A model generated the notes under the pieces. That model saw nothing but the letters and a program-made list of their open reading frames with translations, did not search any database and had not been told where the DNA came from. The position numbers and the translations under genes are program-made. 64,000 nucleotides of DNA from Candidatus Methanomethylicia archaeon (GTDB taxonomy: Archaea > Thermoproteota > Methanomethylicia > Culexarchaeales > Culexarchaeaceae). The DNA lies in the NCBI GenBank assembly GCA_038727515.1, contig JAVYVS010000004.1, forward strand, positions 52,619 through 116,618, given 5' to 3'. This document shows, in pieces, positions 1 to 9,070 of the stretch (position 1 is the stretch's first letter; the number at the start of each line of letters is the position of its first letter).

Positions 1-804
1 GACTTCTATCTACTCCATGGATTGAATAAAGATAGGTGGAGGAAGGTTAAGGAGCTTAATGTTTTTGAATGGTTGGAGTATGCATTAGCTGAGGGTAAAA
101 TTAAGTATGTAGGTTTTAGCTTTCACGATTCCTTTGAAGTCTTTAAGGAGATTGTAGATTCATATAATTGGACTCTATGTCAAATTCAATATAATTATTT
201 GGATGTTGATTATCAAGCTGGAGTTAGAGGTTTAAAGTATGCTGCTTCGAAGGGTCTTGCAGTTGTGGTTATGGAGCCTCTTGCAGGAGGTTTACTTGCA
301 AATCCACCTCCCGAGGTGGTTGAAGTTTTTAGGAGAGCAAAGATTGAGAGGAGTATTGTGGAATGGGCTTTACTGTGGGTTTGGAATCACCCTGAAGTTT
401 CAGTTGCACTTAGTGGTATGAGTAGTATGCAGCAAGTGGTTGAGAATGTTAAGTATGCTGAGAACGCTATTCCAAATATTCTCTCCAATGAGGAGTTAAT
501 ACTTTTCGATGAGGCTAGGAGGATTCTCCGAACCACTGGATTTATAAATTGTAGTAAGTGTAGGTATTGTCAACCATGTCCAAATGGGGTTCTTATACCT
601 GAAATATTTGAGTATTACAACTTGTATTTTATTAGGGGTAGAGATCCATCGGTTATAGATGAATATAATTCTAAGGTTCCAATTCAAGGTAGAGTTGAAA
701 ACTGTGTTAAATGTGGTGTATGTGAATCTCTATGTCCACAACACATTGAAATAAGGCTTTGGCTTGATAGAGCTAGAAGATTATTTCAACGTCCAACTAG
801 ATGA
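1..804 (+). CDS. Aldo/keto reductase with C-terminal Fe-S domain (5'-truncated by window edge)
   Basis: Frame is open from base 1 (DFYLLHG, AKR motif); GFSFH, QIQYNY and MEPL.GG motifs; C-terminal CxxCxxCxxCP and CxxCxxCxxxCP. Confidence 0.85.
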   Translation, partial: DFYLLHGLNKDRWRKVKELNVFEWLEYALAEGKIKYVGFSFHDSFEVFKEIVDSYNWTLCQIQYNYLDVDYQAGVRGLKYAASKGLAVVVMEPLAGGLLANPPPEVVEVFRRAKIERSIVEWALLWVWNHPEVSVALSGMSSMQQVVENVKYAENAIPNILSNEELILFDEARRILRTTGFINCSKCRYCQPCPNGVLIPEIFEYYNLYFIRGRDPSVIDEYNSKVPIQGRVENCVKCGVCESLCPQHIEIRLWLDRARRLFQRPTR

Positions 805-820
805 ACTAGGTATTGGGTGA

Positions 821-1474
821 TTGATAATGAGTTATAATACATATAGAGATTGGCATGTTAAATGTAATGTAAATCTAGTTTTAGATAATCTTAGTAGAAG
901 GGGGTTTAAAGCATTATATTTTGAGAGGGTTGAAGAAGCTAAAAACCATATTTTATCACTTATACCTAAAAATGCAGTTGTAGGAGTTGGAGGTTCAGTT
1001 ACCATTAGAGAGTTAGGCTTAATAGAAGATTTAGAGGCTAGAGGGAATAGAATTATTCATCATTGGATTAAGGGTTTAAGTCTTGAGGAATCGTATAAGA
1101 TTAGAGTTTTAGAGAATACTTGTGATTTCTATCTTAGTAGTTGTAATGCTATAACCATGGATGGAGTTATTGTTAATGCTGATTCATCTGGTAATAGAAT
1201 TGCAGCTTTAGCCTTTGGACCTAGGAATGTTATAATTGTAGCTGGAATTAATAAGATTGTTTATGATATTGATGCAGCTTTATGGAGGATATATAATGTT
1301 GCTGCTCCAATGAATTCCCGTAGACTTGGAGTTGGAGTTCCATGTGCTGAAAATGGTTATTGTACAAATTGTAATTCCATGGAGTGTCCAGTTAGGGTTA
1401 TTGAGATAATTGAACGGAAGCCTCAACTTACAGATTACCATGTAATAATTGTAAATGCAATTTTAGGTTTCTAA
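821..1474 (+). CDS. LUD-domain (LutC/YkgG-like) lactate utilization protein
   Basis: GGSVT, SSCNAIT.DG..VN.D..GNR, GINKIV and Cys-rich C-terminus; start may be ATG 827. Confidence 0.75.
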   Translation: MIMSYNTYRDWHVKCNVNLVLDNLSRRGFKALYFERVEEAKNHILSLIPKNAVVGVGGSVTIRELGLIEDLEARGNRIIHHWIKGLSLEESYKIRVLENTCDFYLSSCNAITMDGVIVNADSSGNRIAALAFGPRNVIIVAGINKIVYDIDAALWRIYNVAAPMNSRRLGVGVPCAENGYCTNCNSMECPVRVIEIIERKPQLTDYHVIIVNAILGF

Positions 1475-1479
1475 ACCTA

Positions 1480-2124
1480 TTACTTTAAATATCCTAATAC
1501 TACTCTCATCCTATTTTCTATGGGTGATAGTTTTCCAAATACCTTTGTTCTCCCCAATTTAATGGCCTTTAAGATTTCCTCTATTGATAATTCATTTACT
1601 TCTATGATTGTATATGCATTTCCAATACATTTTGGATTGTGTGCATCACTTCCAGCGGTTATTGGAACTCTAATTCTATTGATTATCTTCCATCCTCTTC
1701 TCAAAATAAATTTGAATGGGTAATTTGAATTAAAGGCTTCTATTGCATCTGGCTTTTTAATAATCCATTTATTCATCTTATTTACTTCTATTGCTGGATG
1801 AGCTATTATTGTTATTCCACCAAGACTTCTAATCCAATCTATTGCATCTTCATATATCAATCTAGTTTTATCCTCTAAATTTACATTTACTCCCAATGCT
1901 AGTATATGTCCTGCATCTGTCTTTAATTCTAATCCTGGAATTACCATTAAACCCAATTTACTAGAATACTTCTCTACTTCTCTTAAGGCTATTGTTGTAT
2001 TATGGTCTGTTATTGCAATTCCATTTAAACCTTTTCGATAGGCTTCCAATAATATTTCTCTTATACTTCCAATTCCATCTGAGTATTCTGTGTGTACGTG
2101 TAGATCGAATTTCAGTTTTTGCAA
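1480..2124 (-). CDS. PHP-domain metal-dependent phosphoesterase
   Basis: DLHVHT..SDG, ITDHN, AHP and GSDAH motifs. Confidence 0.85.
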   Translation of the reverse strand: MQKLKFDLHVHTEYSDGIGSIREILLEAYRKGLNGIAITDHNTTIALREVEKYSSKLGLMVIPGLELKTDAGHILALGVNVNLEDKTRLIYEDAIDWIRSLGGITIIAHPAIEVNKMNKWIIKKPDAIEAFNSNYPFKFILRRGWKIINRIRVPITAGSDAHNPKCIGNAYTIIEVNELSIEEILKAIKLGRTKVFGKLSPIENRMRVVLGYLK

Positions 2125-2459
2125 ATTACCACTTCACTTATCCATTGTAGGTATGGTTTGTATCCCGCTATTATTGGTATTGCAATTATTTCTGGTACTG
2201 TATAGCTATGTAAACTTTTAACTCTCGTATATAGTTTTTCAATTACCTCTTTCTTAGTCTTTATTACTATTAATGCTTCTTGAGCTTCCTCCATTTTCCC
2301 CATCCATAGGAATTTAGATTTAACATTTTCAATTATGTTTGCACATGCTATAAGTTTCTCCTCCAATAATGCATTAACAATCTTTTCAGCTTCACTTATA
2401 CTTGGTGTTGTTATTAGTACTACTATGTATTCATCATTATCAACCATATTAAACACCAA
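2112..2459 (-). CDS. cutA: Divalent-cation tolerance protein CutA
   Basis: LIACANI, S.F.W.G and HSYTVPEII motifs. Confidence 0.92.
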   Translation of the reverse strand: MVFNMVDNDEYIVVLITTPSISEAEKIVNALLEEKLIACANIIENVKSKFLWMGKMEEAQEALIVIKTKKEVIEKLYTRVKSLHSYTVPEIIAIPIIAGYKPYLQWISEVVICKN

Positions 2460-2939
2460 TTATTCATATTGGAATATCATAGATATATAGTCTCCAATTA
2501 AATGCGCTATTACAACTACAATTAATGCTACAACTACATGTTCAATTATCATCCAATAATCCTTTTCCCTTCTACCTATTAGATAGCTTAGGGATGCTAG
2601 TAGAATTACACCCCAAACTACACTCAATATTATTGCCATGGTTAAATCTTCCACTATCATTAATGGGATTATGAAGCTTGAAGCTATTATGAATTTAAAT
2701 ATGAATGTTGTTAATGTTGATATCCATATATCCCTTAAACTATGTATTCTCTCAGATTCTTCGGATATATGTATTCCAAGTGCATCTGAAAATGCATCTG
2801 CAATTGCTATAGTTAGAATTCCACCTAAAACTGCTATTTTTGAGTGTGTTCCAGAGTGTAATCCAACCATAAGTCCAAGTGTTGTTATAACTCCAGATGT
2901 GGATCCAAAGCTTGCTCCAACTTTGAATGAATGTCTCAT
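2460..2939 (-). CDS. VIT1/CCC1-like membrane protein
   Basis: FG..SG..TTLGL, ADA.SDALG..ISEE and about five hydrophobic helices. Confidence 0.65.
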   Translation of the reverse strand: MRHSFKVGASFGSTSGVITTLGLMVGLHSGTHSKIAVLGGILTIAIADAFSDALGIHISEESERIHSLRDIWISTLTTFIFKFIIASSFIIPLMIVEDLTMAIILSVVWGVILLASLSYLIGRREKDYWMIIEHVVVALIVVVIAHLIGDYISMIFQYE

Positions 2940-2950
2940 TAGATATCTTT

Positions 2951-3505
2951 CTAAGATTGATTGTCTCTACCTATAAGTTTTTTCATTAGTTTGTTTAAAT
3001 CTAGGTTTATCTTTAAAGCTTTCTCATTAATATTATTCCAAGTATGCTTTAAAATCTCCTCTAAATGCAAAGTTTTTACACCATATTGAACCCTGTAATT
3101 CATGGATTGAATGTACGTTGCAATTCCATCAGCTAAATCCACAATTTTAGCTTCTAAACTTTCACCCTTAGAATAATCTAAATAGGCTTCCACTAAATCT
3201 CTTTCACCCAAAATCTCTTTAACAATTTCTAAACTAATTTTCGATAATCTTTCCTCATCAAGTCTTTCTTTAATTGGTTTAGGTATATCAGATATTAGAG
3301 CTTCTGGTAAATCATGTATTAAAGCCATCTTTAAAACTTTATATTCATCTAAACATTCAAGTTCTCTACATATCACCATAGCTATAAATGCAACCTTTAA
3401 AGTATGTTCTGCTATATTTTCAGCAATATCATTTGGTATCTTAGCCATGATCCAACCAGTTCTCTTAATCCTACCAAGTCTTTCCAGTACTTCAAATAAA
3501 TCCAT
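2951..3505 (-). CDS. HD-family hydrolase (YfbR/HDDC2-like 5'-deoxynucleotidase)
   Basis: KRTGW, E.IAEH, HDLPE...SDIP and AD motifs. Confidence 0.85.
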   Translation of the reverse strand: MDLFEVLERLGRIKRTGWIMAKIPNDIAENIAEHTLKVAFIAMVICRELECLDEYKVLKMALIHDLPEALISDIPKPIKERLDEERLSKISLEIVKEILGERDLVEAYLDYSKGESLEAKIVDLADGIATYIQSMNYRVQYGVKTLHLEEILKHTWNNINEKALKINLDLNKLMKKLIGRDNQS

Positions 3506-3605
3506 AAATCACTATTTACACTTTGAAGAATAAATAATATTCCTTAACTCTAGAGTTAATGATGTTAAAGATTTACTACTTTAAGTTCATAGGGAACTAT
3601 ACTCT

Positions 3606-4109
3606 TCAATTACCTCTTTTAATTGTTACCTCTAATATTCCATTCCTATACTTCTTCTCCATACTCTTTATATTAATATTTGATGGTAAATCTACTTCTT
3701 TATAGTAGTCTTTGTATTTTGAGTATGCCTTTATAATTAGTTTTCCATCCTTTACATTAACGTTTATATCCTTTTCATCTACTCCAGGTATTTCTGCAAT
3801 CACCTTTATTTCTCCATTTCTATCAATTACTTCTACAAGTGGTTCTTCACTTTCTTCTTCAATATCATCATAAACCTTTCTCTTCTGCTTTATATTTCCA
3901 AATTCTTTCTTTATGATTTTTCCATCTGGACCTATTGTTATACTATATCCATATATGTATGGTCCCCACACTCTTACTCTACTATCATCTGGAAGTATCT
4001 CCTCCTTGAATTCATGATTGAATATATCCATATCCTCTATCTCCCTCATCCTCCTCTCCATTTCCTCTATTATCTTCTTCCAATTCTTTATGAAATCATC
4101 ATAGAACAT
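3606..4109 (-). CDS. hsp20: Archaeal small heat-shock protein Hsp20
   Basis: GPYIYGYSITIGPDGK...EFGN N-terminal signature; alpha-crystallin domain (AEIPGV...NGILEV). Confidence 0.92.
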   Translation of the reverse strand: MFYDDFIKNWKKIIEEMERRMREIEDMDIFNHEFKEEILPDDSRVRVWGPYIYGYSITIGPDGKIIKKEFGNIKQKRKVYDDIEEESEEPLVEVIDRNGEIKVIAEIPGVDEKDINVNVKDGKLIIKAYSKYKDYYKEVDLPSNINIKSMEKKYRNGILEVTIKRGN

Positions 4110-4503
4110 TTATCTCACCTCCTAAATCCTCCATTAATTCCATTAATTTTGTTAAGGCGAGGGTTAATGTTGTGAATATTATTCTTCCATGATTTGAACA
4201 TCTATATCCTCCCTTACCATTTCTCTCTAGTAGTCCAATTGAACTTAATCTTCTAATGTTTTCCCAAATTATCTTTGGATTTGCATCTAGCATTTTCATT
4301 ATTTCTGTAAAACTTACAGGTTTTGGGTATTCATCCATCATCTTCATTAACATCATAATTCTAGTTTCATTGCTTAATGCTTCAAATATCCGTGTTATTT
4401 CTTTACATTTCTTTCTTAGATGATCTATTTCAATAGTTGTAGGTGTTAGTGGAGCTTCCCATATTACCTCTCCATCTTTAACTATTTGTATTTTCAGAGT
4501 CAT
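4099..4503 (-). CDS. ArsR-like winged-helix transcriptional regulator overlapping hsp20
   Basis: FEALSNETRI...HTH...L..IGL.E..G.Y; its 3' end carries the GGAGGTGA SD of hsp20. Confidence 0.75.
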   Translation of the reverse strand: MTLKIQIVKDGEVIWEAPLTPTTIEIDHLRKKCKEITRIFEALSNETRIMMLMKMMDEYPKPVSFTEIMKMLDANPKIIWENIRRLSSIGLLERNGKGGYRCSNHGRIIFTTLTLALTKLMELMEDLGGEINVL

Positions 4504-4518
4504 AACCCTCGCCCTAAA

Positions 4519-4554
4519 TTACCTTTTGGTAATTACCAATTGGTAATATATAAA
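4519..4554 (-). promoter_or_regulatory. TATA box (TTTATATA, minus strand 4554-4547) followed by two abutting TTACC-N4-GGTAA palindromes (4519-4532, 4533-4546)
   Basis: Read directly: ttacc-tttt-ggtaa ttacc-aatt-ggtaa tatataaa. Confidence 0.7.
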
Positions 4555-4556
4555 TC

Positions 4557-5753
4557 TTACGGTAATATTATCTTACCCATTACAACTCTTTCTAATGCTC
4601 CAGTGGCTGAAGGAACATTATTTGGAAATCCACTTATAGTTTCATTTGCCAGTATGATCATTACAAGTGGTTCTTTTGCTTGTGATGGTATTCCATAATC
4701 TTCATGTAAGCTAATCTTTGTTTTTGGATTTAATTCTTTAATCATCTCCATTAAAACTCTATTTCTACTTCCACCTCCACCAATTATGATTTCATCTGGT
4801 TTTTCCGGTAGGTATTTAATGTAGCTTTCAGTTATGGTTTTCGCCGTATAATATGTTGCTGTTGCAATTATATCTTCCCATTTCAAATTCATTTCTCTAG
4901 CTTTTCCAATAATCTTCTTAACATATGATTCTCCAAATTCTTCTCTACCGGTGGTTTTTGGAGGTTTCTTCTTTAGATATGGATGTTTCATCATGTAATT
5001 CAGCAATACCTCATTCACTTTCCCCTTTGCTGCTATTTCTCCATTTAAATCCATGTTGAGTTTTCCATGACTCATCTCTCTAACTATTGCATCTATTATC
5101 ATGTTTCCAGGTCCTGTATCGAAGGCTATTACATCCTTTATCTCTGCATTCCTTGGTATATATGTTACATTGGCTATTCCACCAATATTTTGAATAGCTC
5201 TACAAATATCTATGCTTCTAAATATTATGTAATCTGCATATGCACTTATTGGTGCTCCATTACCACCTGCAGCTACATCTTTATGTCTGAAATCAGCTAT
5301 GGTAATGATCTTTGTTTTATAAGCTATTATTGATGGTTCTCCTATTTGTAGTGTTGATCTAGTTTTATACCCATATATATCTTCAATCTTTGGATTATGG
5401 TATATGGTCTGCCCATGACTTGCTATAAAATCCACATCCCCCCTACTTAAACCAACTTCATCCATTGCTTCCAAAGCTTTCTCTGCAAATATCATTCCTA
5501 AAACATAATTTAATTGGCATATCCTCTTTACATTTCCAGTTTTTGGATTTGTTGATTTCAATATTAATCTACGAATTTCATTATCATATTCAAATGTCTT
5601 ATGGTATAGTATTTTGAATTTTGTATTTATCCAATTACCCTTTAATTTAGCTATTACTATTGATACTCCATCTAATGATGTTCCAGACATTATTCCTAAA
5701 CCTATCTTTTCCTCCTTTGATTTCAATTCAAATAATTTCTCTATGGGGTTCAA
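4557..5753 (-). CDS. anmK: Anhydro-N-acetylmuramic acid kinase
   Basis: GIMSGTSLDG, SHGQTIYH, DFR..D.AAGG.GAP, NIGGIANVT, FDTGPGN, PPKTTGRE and GGGSRN. Confidence 0.95.
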   Translation of the reverse strand: MNPIEKLFELKSKEEKIGLGIMSGTSLDGVSIVIAKLKGNWINTKFKILYHKTFEYDNEIRRLILKSTNPKTGNVKRICQLNYVLGMIFAEKALEAMDEVGLSRGDVDFIASHGQTIYHNPKIEDIYGYKTRSTLQIGEPSIIAYKTKIITIADFRHKDVAAGGNGAPISAYADYIIFRSIDICRAIQNIGGIANVTYIPRNAEIKDVIAFDTGPGNMIIDAIVREMSHGKLNMDLNGEIAAKGKVNEVLLNYMMKHPYLKKKPPKTTGREEFGESYVKKIIGKAREMNLKWEDIIATATYYTAKTITESYIKYLPEKPDEIIIGGGGSRNRVLMEMIKELNPKTKISLHEDYGIPSQAKEPLVMIILANETISGFPNNVPSATGALERVVMGKIILP

Positions 5754-5805
5754 TTTATCTTCAATTCACTACTTATCTCACTTTACATTTAATCCTTCCC
5801 TAAAT

Positions 5806-6204
5806 TTATTCTACTTTTACTTCTCTTCCAATCTTTTTCTTTCGTAATTCTATGGTTAGTAATCCTTCAAAATACTTTGCTTTTGCACTTTCTGGTTCTA
5901 CTGGATCTTCCAATTTAATCTTATACTTATACTCTTCTTTTCTCCCTACTATTTCAACTGATGTTTTAGCTGATATGCTTATTGCATTCTCATTTACATA
6001 TAGTTTTATATCTTCCTTCTTTACCCCTGGAAGTTCTACTGTCACTATATATTTATCATCTTCCTCTTTTATCTGATATCTTTCTGATATTACTCCGTGT
6101 TTATATGCTTTCATCTTTATTATTGGTAGTGGTATGTTTAATCCTCCAATTATCATTTTAATTTCCTTTTCCACTTTTCTATTATCGTTACACATTTGTA
6201 CCAC
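5806..6204 (-). CDS. Second Hsp20/alpha-crystallin family protein
   Basis: ELPGVKKEDI...AKY.EGLLTI; C-terminal VKVE (IXI-type motif); start may be ATG 6195. Confidence 0.85.
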   Translation of the reverse strand: MVQMCNDNRKVEKEIKMIIGGLNIPLPIIKMKAYKHGVISERYQIKEEDDKYIVTVELPGVKKEDIKLYVNENAISISAKTSVEIVGRKEEYKYKIKLEDPVEPESAKAKYFEGLLTIELRKKKIGREVKVE

Positions 6205-6249
6205 AATTAAATTTTAGTCTATTTTTGTATTTAAATTTTATTTTTGTAC

Positions 6250-6702
6250 TTATTCTATGGAAACTTTCCTCCAACCTTTAAGTTTCTCTTCCACTATCTT
6301 CATTTCTCCCTCTAGGAATTTCTTATATTCTTCTAGTTCTTCTACATCTTCTAGTTCTCTTGCTATGCTCATGTATTTCTCTGCTTCTCTAATTGATTTC
6401 TCCATTATGAATGATATATATTTCATTATTGATTTTATTTTTGGCTGTATTAGTTTTGGTATTTTATCTATTGCTTCAAATCCCTTATCAGTTAATTTTA
6501 CACTACCATCAATTTCAAATTCTATATATCCCTTATCTCTAAGTTCTGAGAGTGATGTGTAGAAAGAGCTTTTTGATTCCAATCCAAATTCATACATTTC
6601 TCTAAGTAGTTTTGCAGTCTTCTTTCCTCCACTTTTAAGTTTTAGTAGTATTGCTATTTGATGTGGATTTAATTTATCTTCTCCTACTTTAATTTTAAAC
6701 AT
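6250..6702 (-). CDS. Winged-helix (PadR-like) regulator with C-terminal coiled coil
   Basis: SSFY..L..L..KGYI....LT.KG wHTH pattern; acidic/basic heptad tail. Confidence 0.65.
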   Translation of the reverse strand: MFKIKVGEDKLNPHQIAILLKLKSGGKKTAKLLREMYEFGLESKSSFYTSLSELRDKGYIEFEIDGSVKLTDKGFEAIDKIPKLIQPKIKSIMKYISFIMEKSIREAEKYMSIARELEDVEELEEYKKFLEGEMKIVEEKLKGWRKVSIE

Positions 6703-6708
6703 TCTTCT

Positions 6709-7425
6709 TCACTCTACTGTAAAGTATATTCTCCTTTTATCTTTCCCCTTATTTTGAACTTTTATCAATTTTACTTCTCCTACTTCCATGGTATTCTTTA
6801 CATGTGGTCCACCATCTGCTTGTACATCTAATCCCTCTATTTCCACTATTCTAAGTTCTTCTAATTCTGGTGGCATTCTTTCAGCTAATTTTACTATTCC
6901 AGGTATTTTTAATGCTTCCTCTCTTTTTAGGAAGTATATTTTTACTGGTAGTGCCATTTTAACTGCTTCATTAACTTTTCGAATAGCATCTTCAAATATC
7001 TCTTTACTCATTGATGGTATATTAAAATCCATTTTCGCTTCATCTTCATCCACTTGTCCACCTGTTACAAGAGCATTATAATGATTATACATTACTGCTA
7101 CTAGTATGTGTGCTGCAGTATGTAGTCTCATTAATCTATATCTTCTCTCCCAATTTATTTCACCCTCCACTTCAATTCCAATTTCAACTTTTGGTTCTAT
7201 GTTTAATACATGTATTATATCTGCAGTGGTATGATCTAATTTTACATCTTGAACTTCATATTCTAATCCCATTATCCTAATTTTGCCAGTATCATTGGCT
7301 ACTCCTCCAGTTTGTGGATGGAATATTGTTTGATCTAAAATCAATTCTCTACCATTACAGGCGAGAACTTTAGCTTTAAAAGTTTTTTGATAACTATCGT
7401 ATTGATATAAGTGTTTTGTTGGCAT
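6709..7425 (-). CDS. alaXM: Alanyl-tRNA editing protein AlaX-M
   Basis: LDQTIFHP..GG..D.G, MRLHTAAH, ADGG.HV; start moved to ATG 7425 behind a GGTGA SD. Confidence 0.9.
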   Translation of the reverse strand: MPTKHLYQYDSYQKTFKAKVLACNGRELILDQTIFHPQTGGVANDTGKIRIMGLEYEVQDVKLDHTTADIIHVLNIEPKVEIGIEVEGEINWERRYRLMRLHTAAHILVAVMYNHYNALVTGGQVDEDEAKMDFNIPSMSKEIFEDAIRKVNEAVKMALPVKIYFLKREEALKIPGIVKLAERMPPELEELRIVEIEGLDVQADGGPHVKNTMEVGEVKLIKVQNKGKDKRRIYFTVE

Positions 7426-7522
7426 TTTAATCACCATTAAATCTTCTATACATGTTTTTAAGGGTTTCCATAATACCATAAATTTTTAGGTGTATTTATT
7501 AAATATTTGTTGGTGTTTAACT

Positions 7523-9070
7523 TTGGATTTGGATTTATTGGCTGGTCAAATGATTATGATGGGTTTTGATGGTTTAGAGCTTAATTCTGAAATTATGGAT
7601 GCTTTAAAGAGGATTAAACCTTGTGGTTTAGTCTTTTTCAGAAGGAATATGGCTAATTGGAATCAAGTTAAGAAGCTTATAAGAGATTTACAAAATTATG
7701 CTTCTAGCATTGGACTTCCACCATTAATTATTGCTTTAGATCATGAGGGTGGACCAGTATTTAGGATGGCTAGTCGTTTAACCCCTCTTCCCAGCGCTAT
7801 GGCTTTAGGTGCATCCAATGATCCATCTATGGTTGATTGTATAGCTAGAATTGCAGGTCAAGAACTTAAAGCTTTAGGATTTAATTTGAATTTTGCTCCT
7901 GTAGCTGATCTCAATACTAATCCAAGGAATCCAGTTATAGGTATTAGATCTTTCGGGGATGATCCATTTAAAGTTGCTAATATGGTTTCCAGATATGTTT
8001 CATCTCTTCAATCTACTGGTGTTATGGCTACTGCTAAACATTTTCCAGGTCATGGTGATACATCTGTAGATTCCCATTTAGATCTTCCTATTGTAGATGT
8101 TGATTTAAATGTTTTATTGAATAGAGAGCTTATACCATTTAAAGCTGCTATTGATGCTGGTGTTTCATGTATAATGACTTCCCATGTATGTTTCCCAAGG
8201 GTTGATTCTTCGAATCTTCCAGCAACATTCTCTAAATATCTCTTAAGGGATGTTTTAAGGGGTATGCTTGGTTTTAATGGTGTAATAATTTCTGATGCTC
8301 TTGAAATGAAGGCTATTAGCAGTAGATTTGATGTTGATGATGTAGCTCTTTATGGTTTAAATGCTGGTTTAAATATTCTACTTAGGGGTGGAGATTTAAA
8401 TTATATTTTTGATTTAAAGGATTCAATTTTAAAACTCGTTAAGAGTGGAGGGGTAGATCCAAAACTATTATATGATTCCTATATTAGGATTGAAGCCCTT
8501 AGGAATAAGATTAATTCTTATTCATCTCCCATTGAAGTTTCAATTAAAAATTTGAGGAAGAATAGAATGCTTTCCATGGATGTTTCTCTATCCTCCATAA
8601 CCATTTTGAAAAGTGATTTATTTAGACCATTAAAGGGTTATAATTCTATTGCCATCCTCATTCCAAGGATGCTTCAACGTTTCTTATCTAATTTTAGTTC
8701 TGAAGTTGTCAATTTATTTGTTGGTGAATTTGGGAGTTACATTGATACTTTGGTTATATCATTTTATGATGAAGATGTAAACTTTGATGATTTAATGGAT
8801 ATTGTTTATAATGTGGATGGTGTTGTCTTCTTCACTTATAATGCAATTTTCCATAGGTTTCAATTGGATTTATATGAGAAGATTAAAGATAGGGTTTTAA
8901 TGGTTGTTGCAGCAGGTTCACCTTATGATGCTGAATTAATTGATGGAGATAAACCTATAGCTTTAACCTATGGATTAAATCCAATAGTCTTATCTGCTCT
9001 TGTAGATGTTTTATGTGGTGTTTGTGAAGCTCATGGTATTCTTCCAGTTAAATTGAATTTGAAAAGCTAG
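7523..9070 (+). CDS. nagZ: GH3 beta-N-acetylglucosaminidase (two-domain NagZ, no signal peptide)
   Basis: DHEGG.V.R, NFAPVAD, IRSFG, KHFPGHGDTSVDSH (NagZ Asp-His dyad) and SDALEM; probable TTG start 7523. Confidence 0.92.
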   Translation: MDLDLLAGQMIMMGFDGLELNSEIMDALKRIKPCGLVFFRRNMANWNQVKKLIRDLQNYASSIGLPPLIIALDHEGGPVFRMASRLTPLPSAMALGASNDPSMVDCIARIAGQELKALGFNLNFAPVADLNTNPRNPVIGIRSFGDDPFKVANMVSRYVSSLQSTGVMATAKHFPGHGDTSVDSHLDLPIVDVDLNVLLNRELIPFKAAIDAGVSCIMTSHVCFPRVDSSNLPATFSKYLLRDVLRGMLGFNGVIISDALEMKAISSRFDVDDVALYGLNAGLNILLRGGDLNYIFDLKDSILKLVKSGGVDPKLLYDSYIRIEALRNKINSYSSPIEVSIKNLRKNRMLSMDVSLSSITILKSDLFRPLKGYNSIAILIPRMLQRFLSNFSSEVVNLFVGEFGSYIDTLVISFYDEDVNFDDLMDIVYNVDGVVFFTYNAIFHRFQLDLYEKIKDRVLMVVAAGSPYDAELIDGDKPIALTYGLNPIVLSALVDVLCGVCEAHGILPVKLNLKS

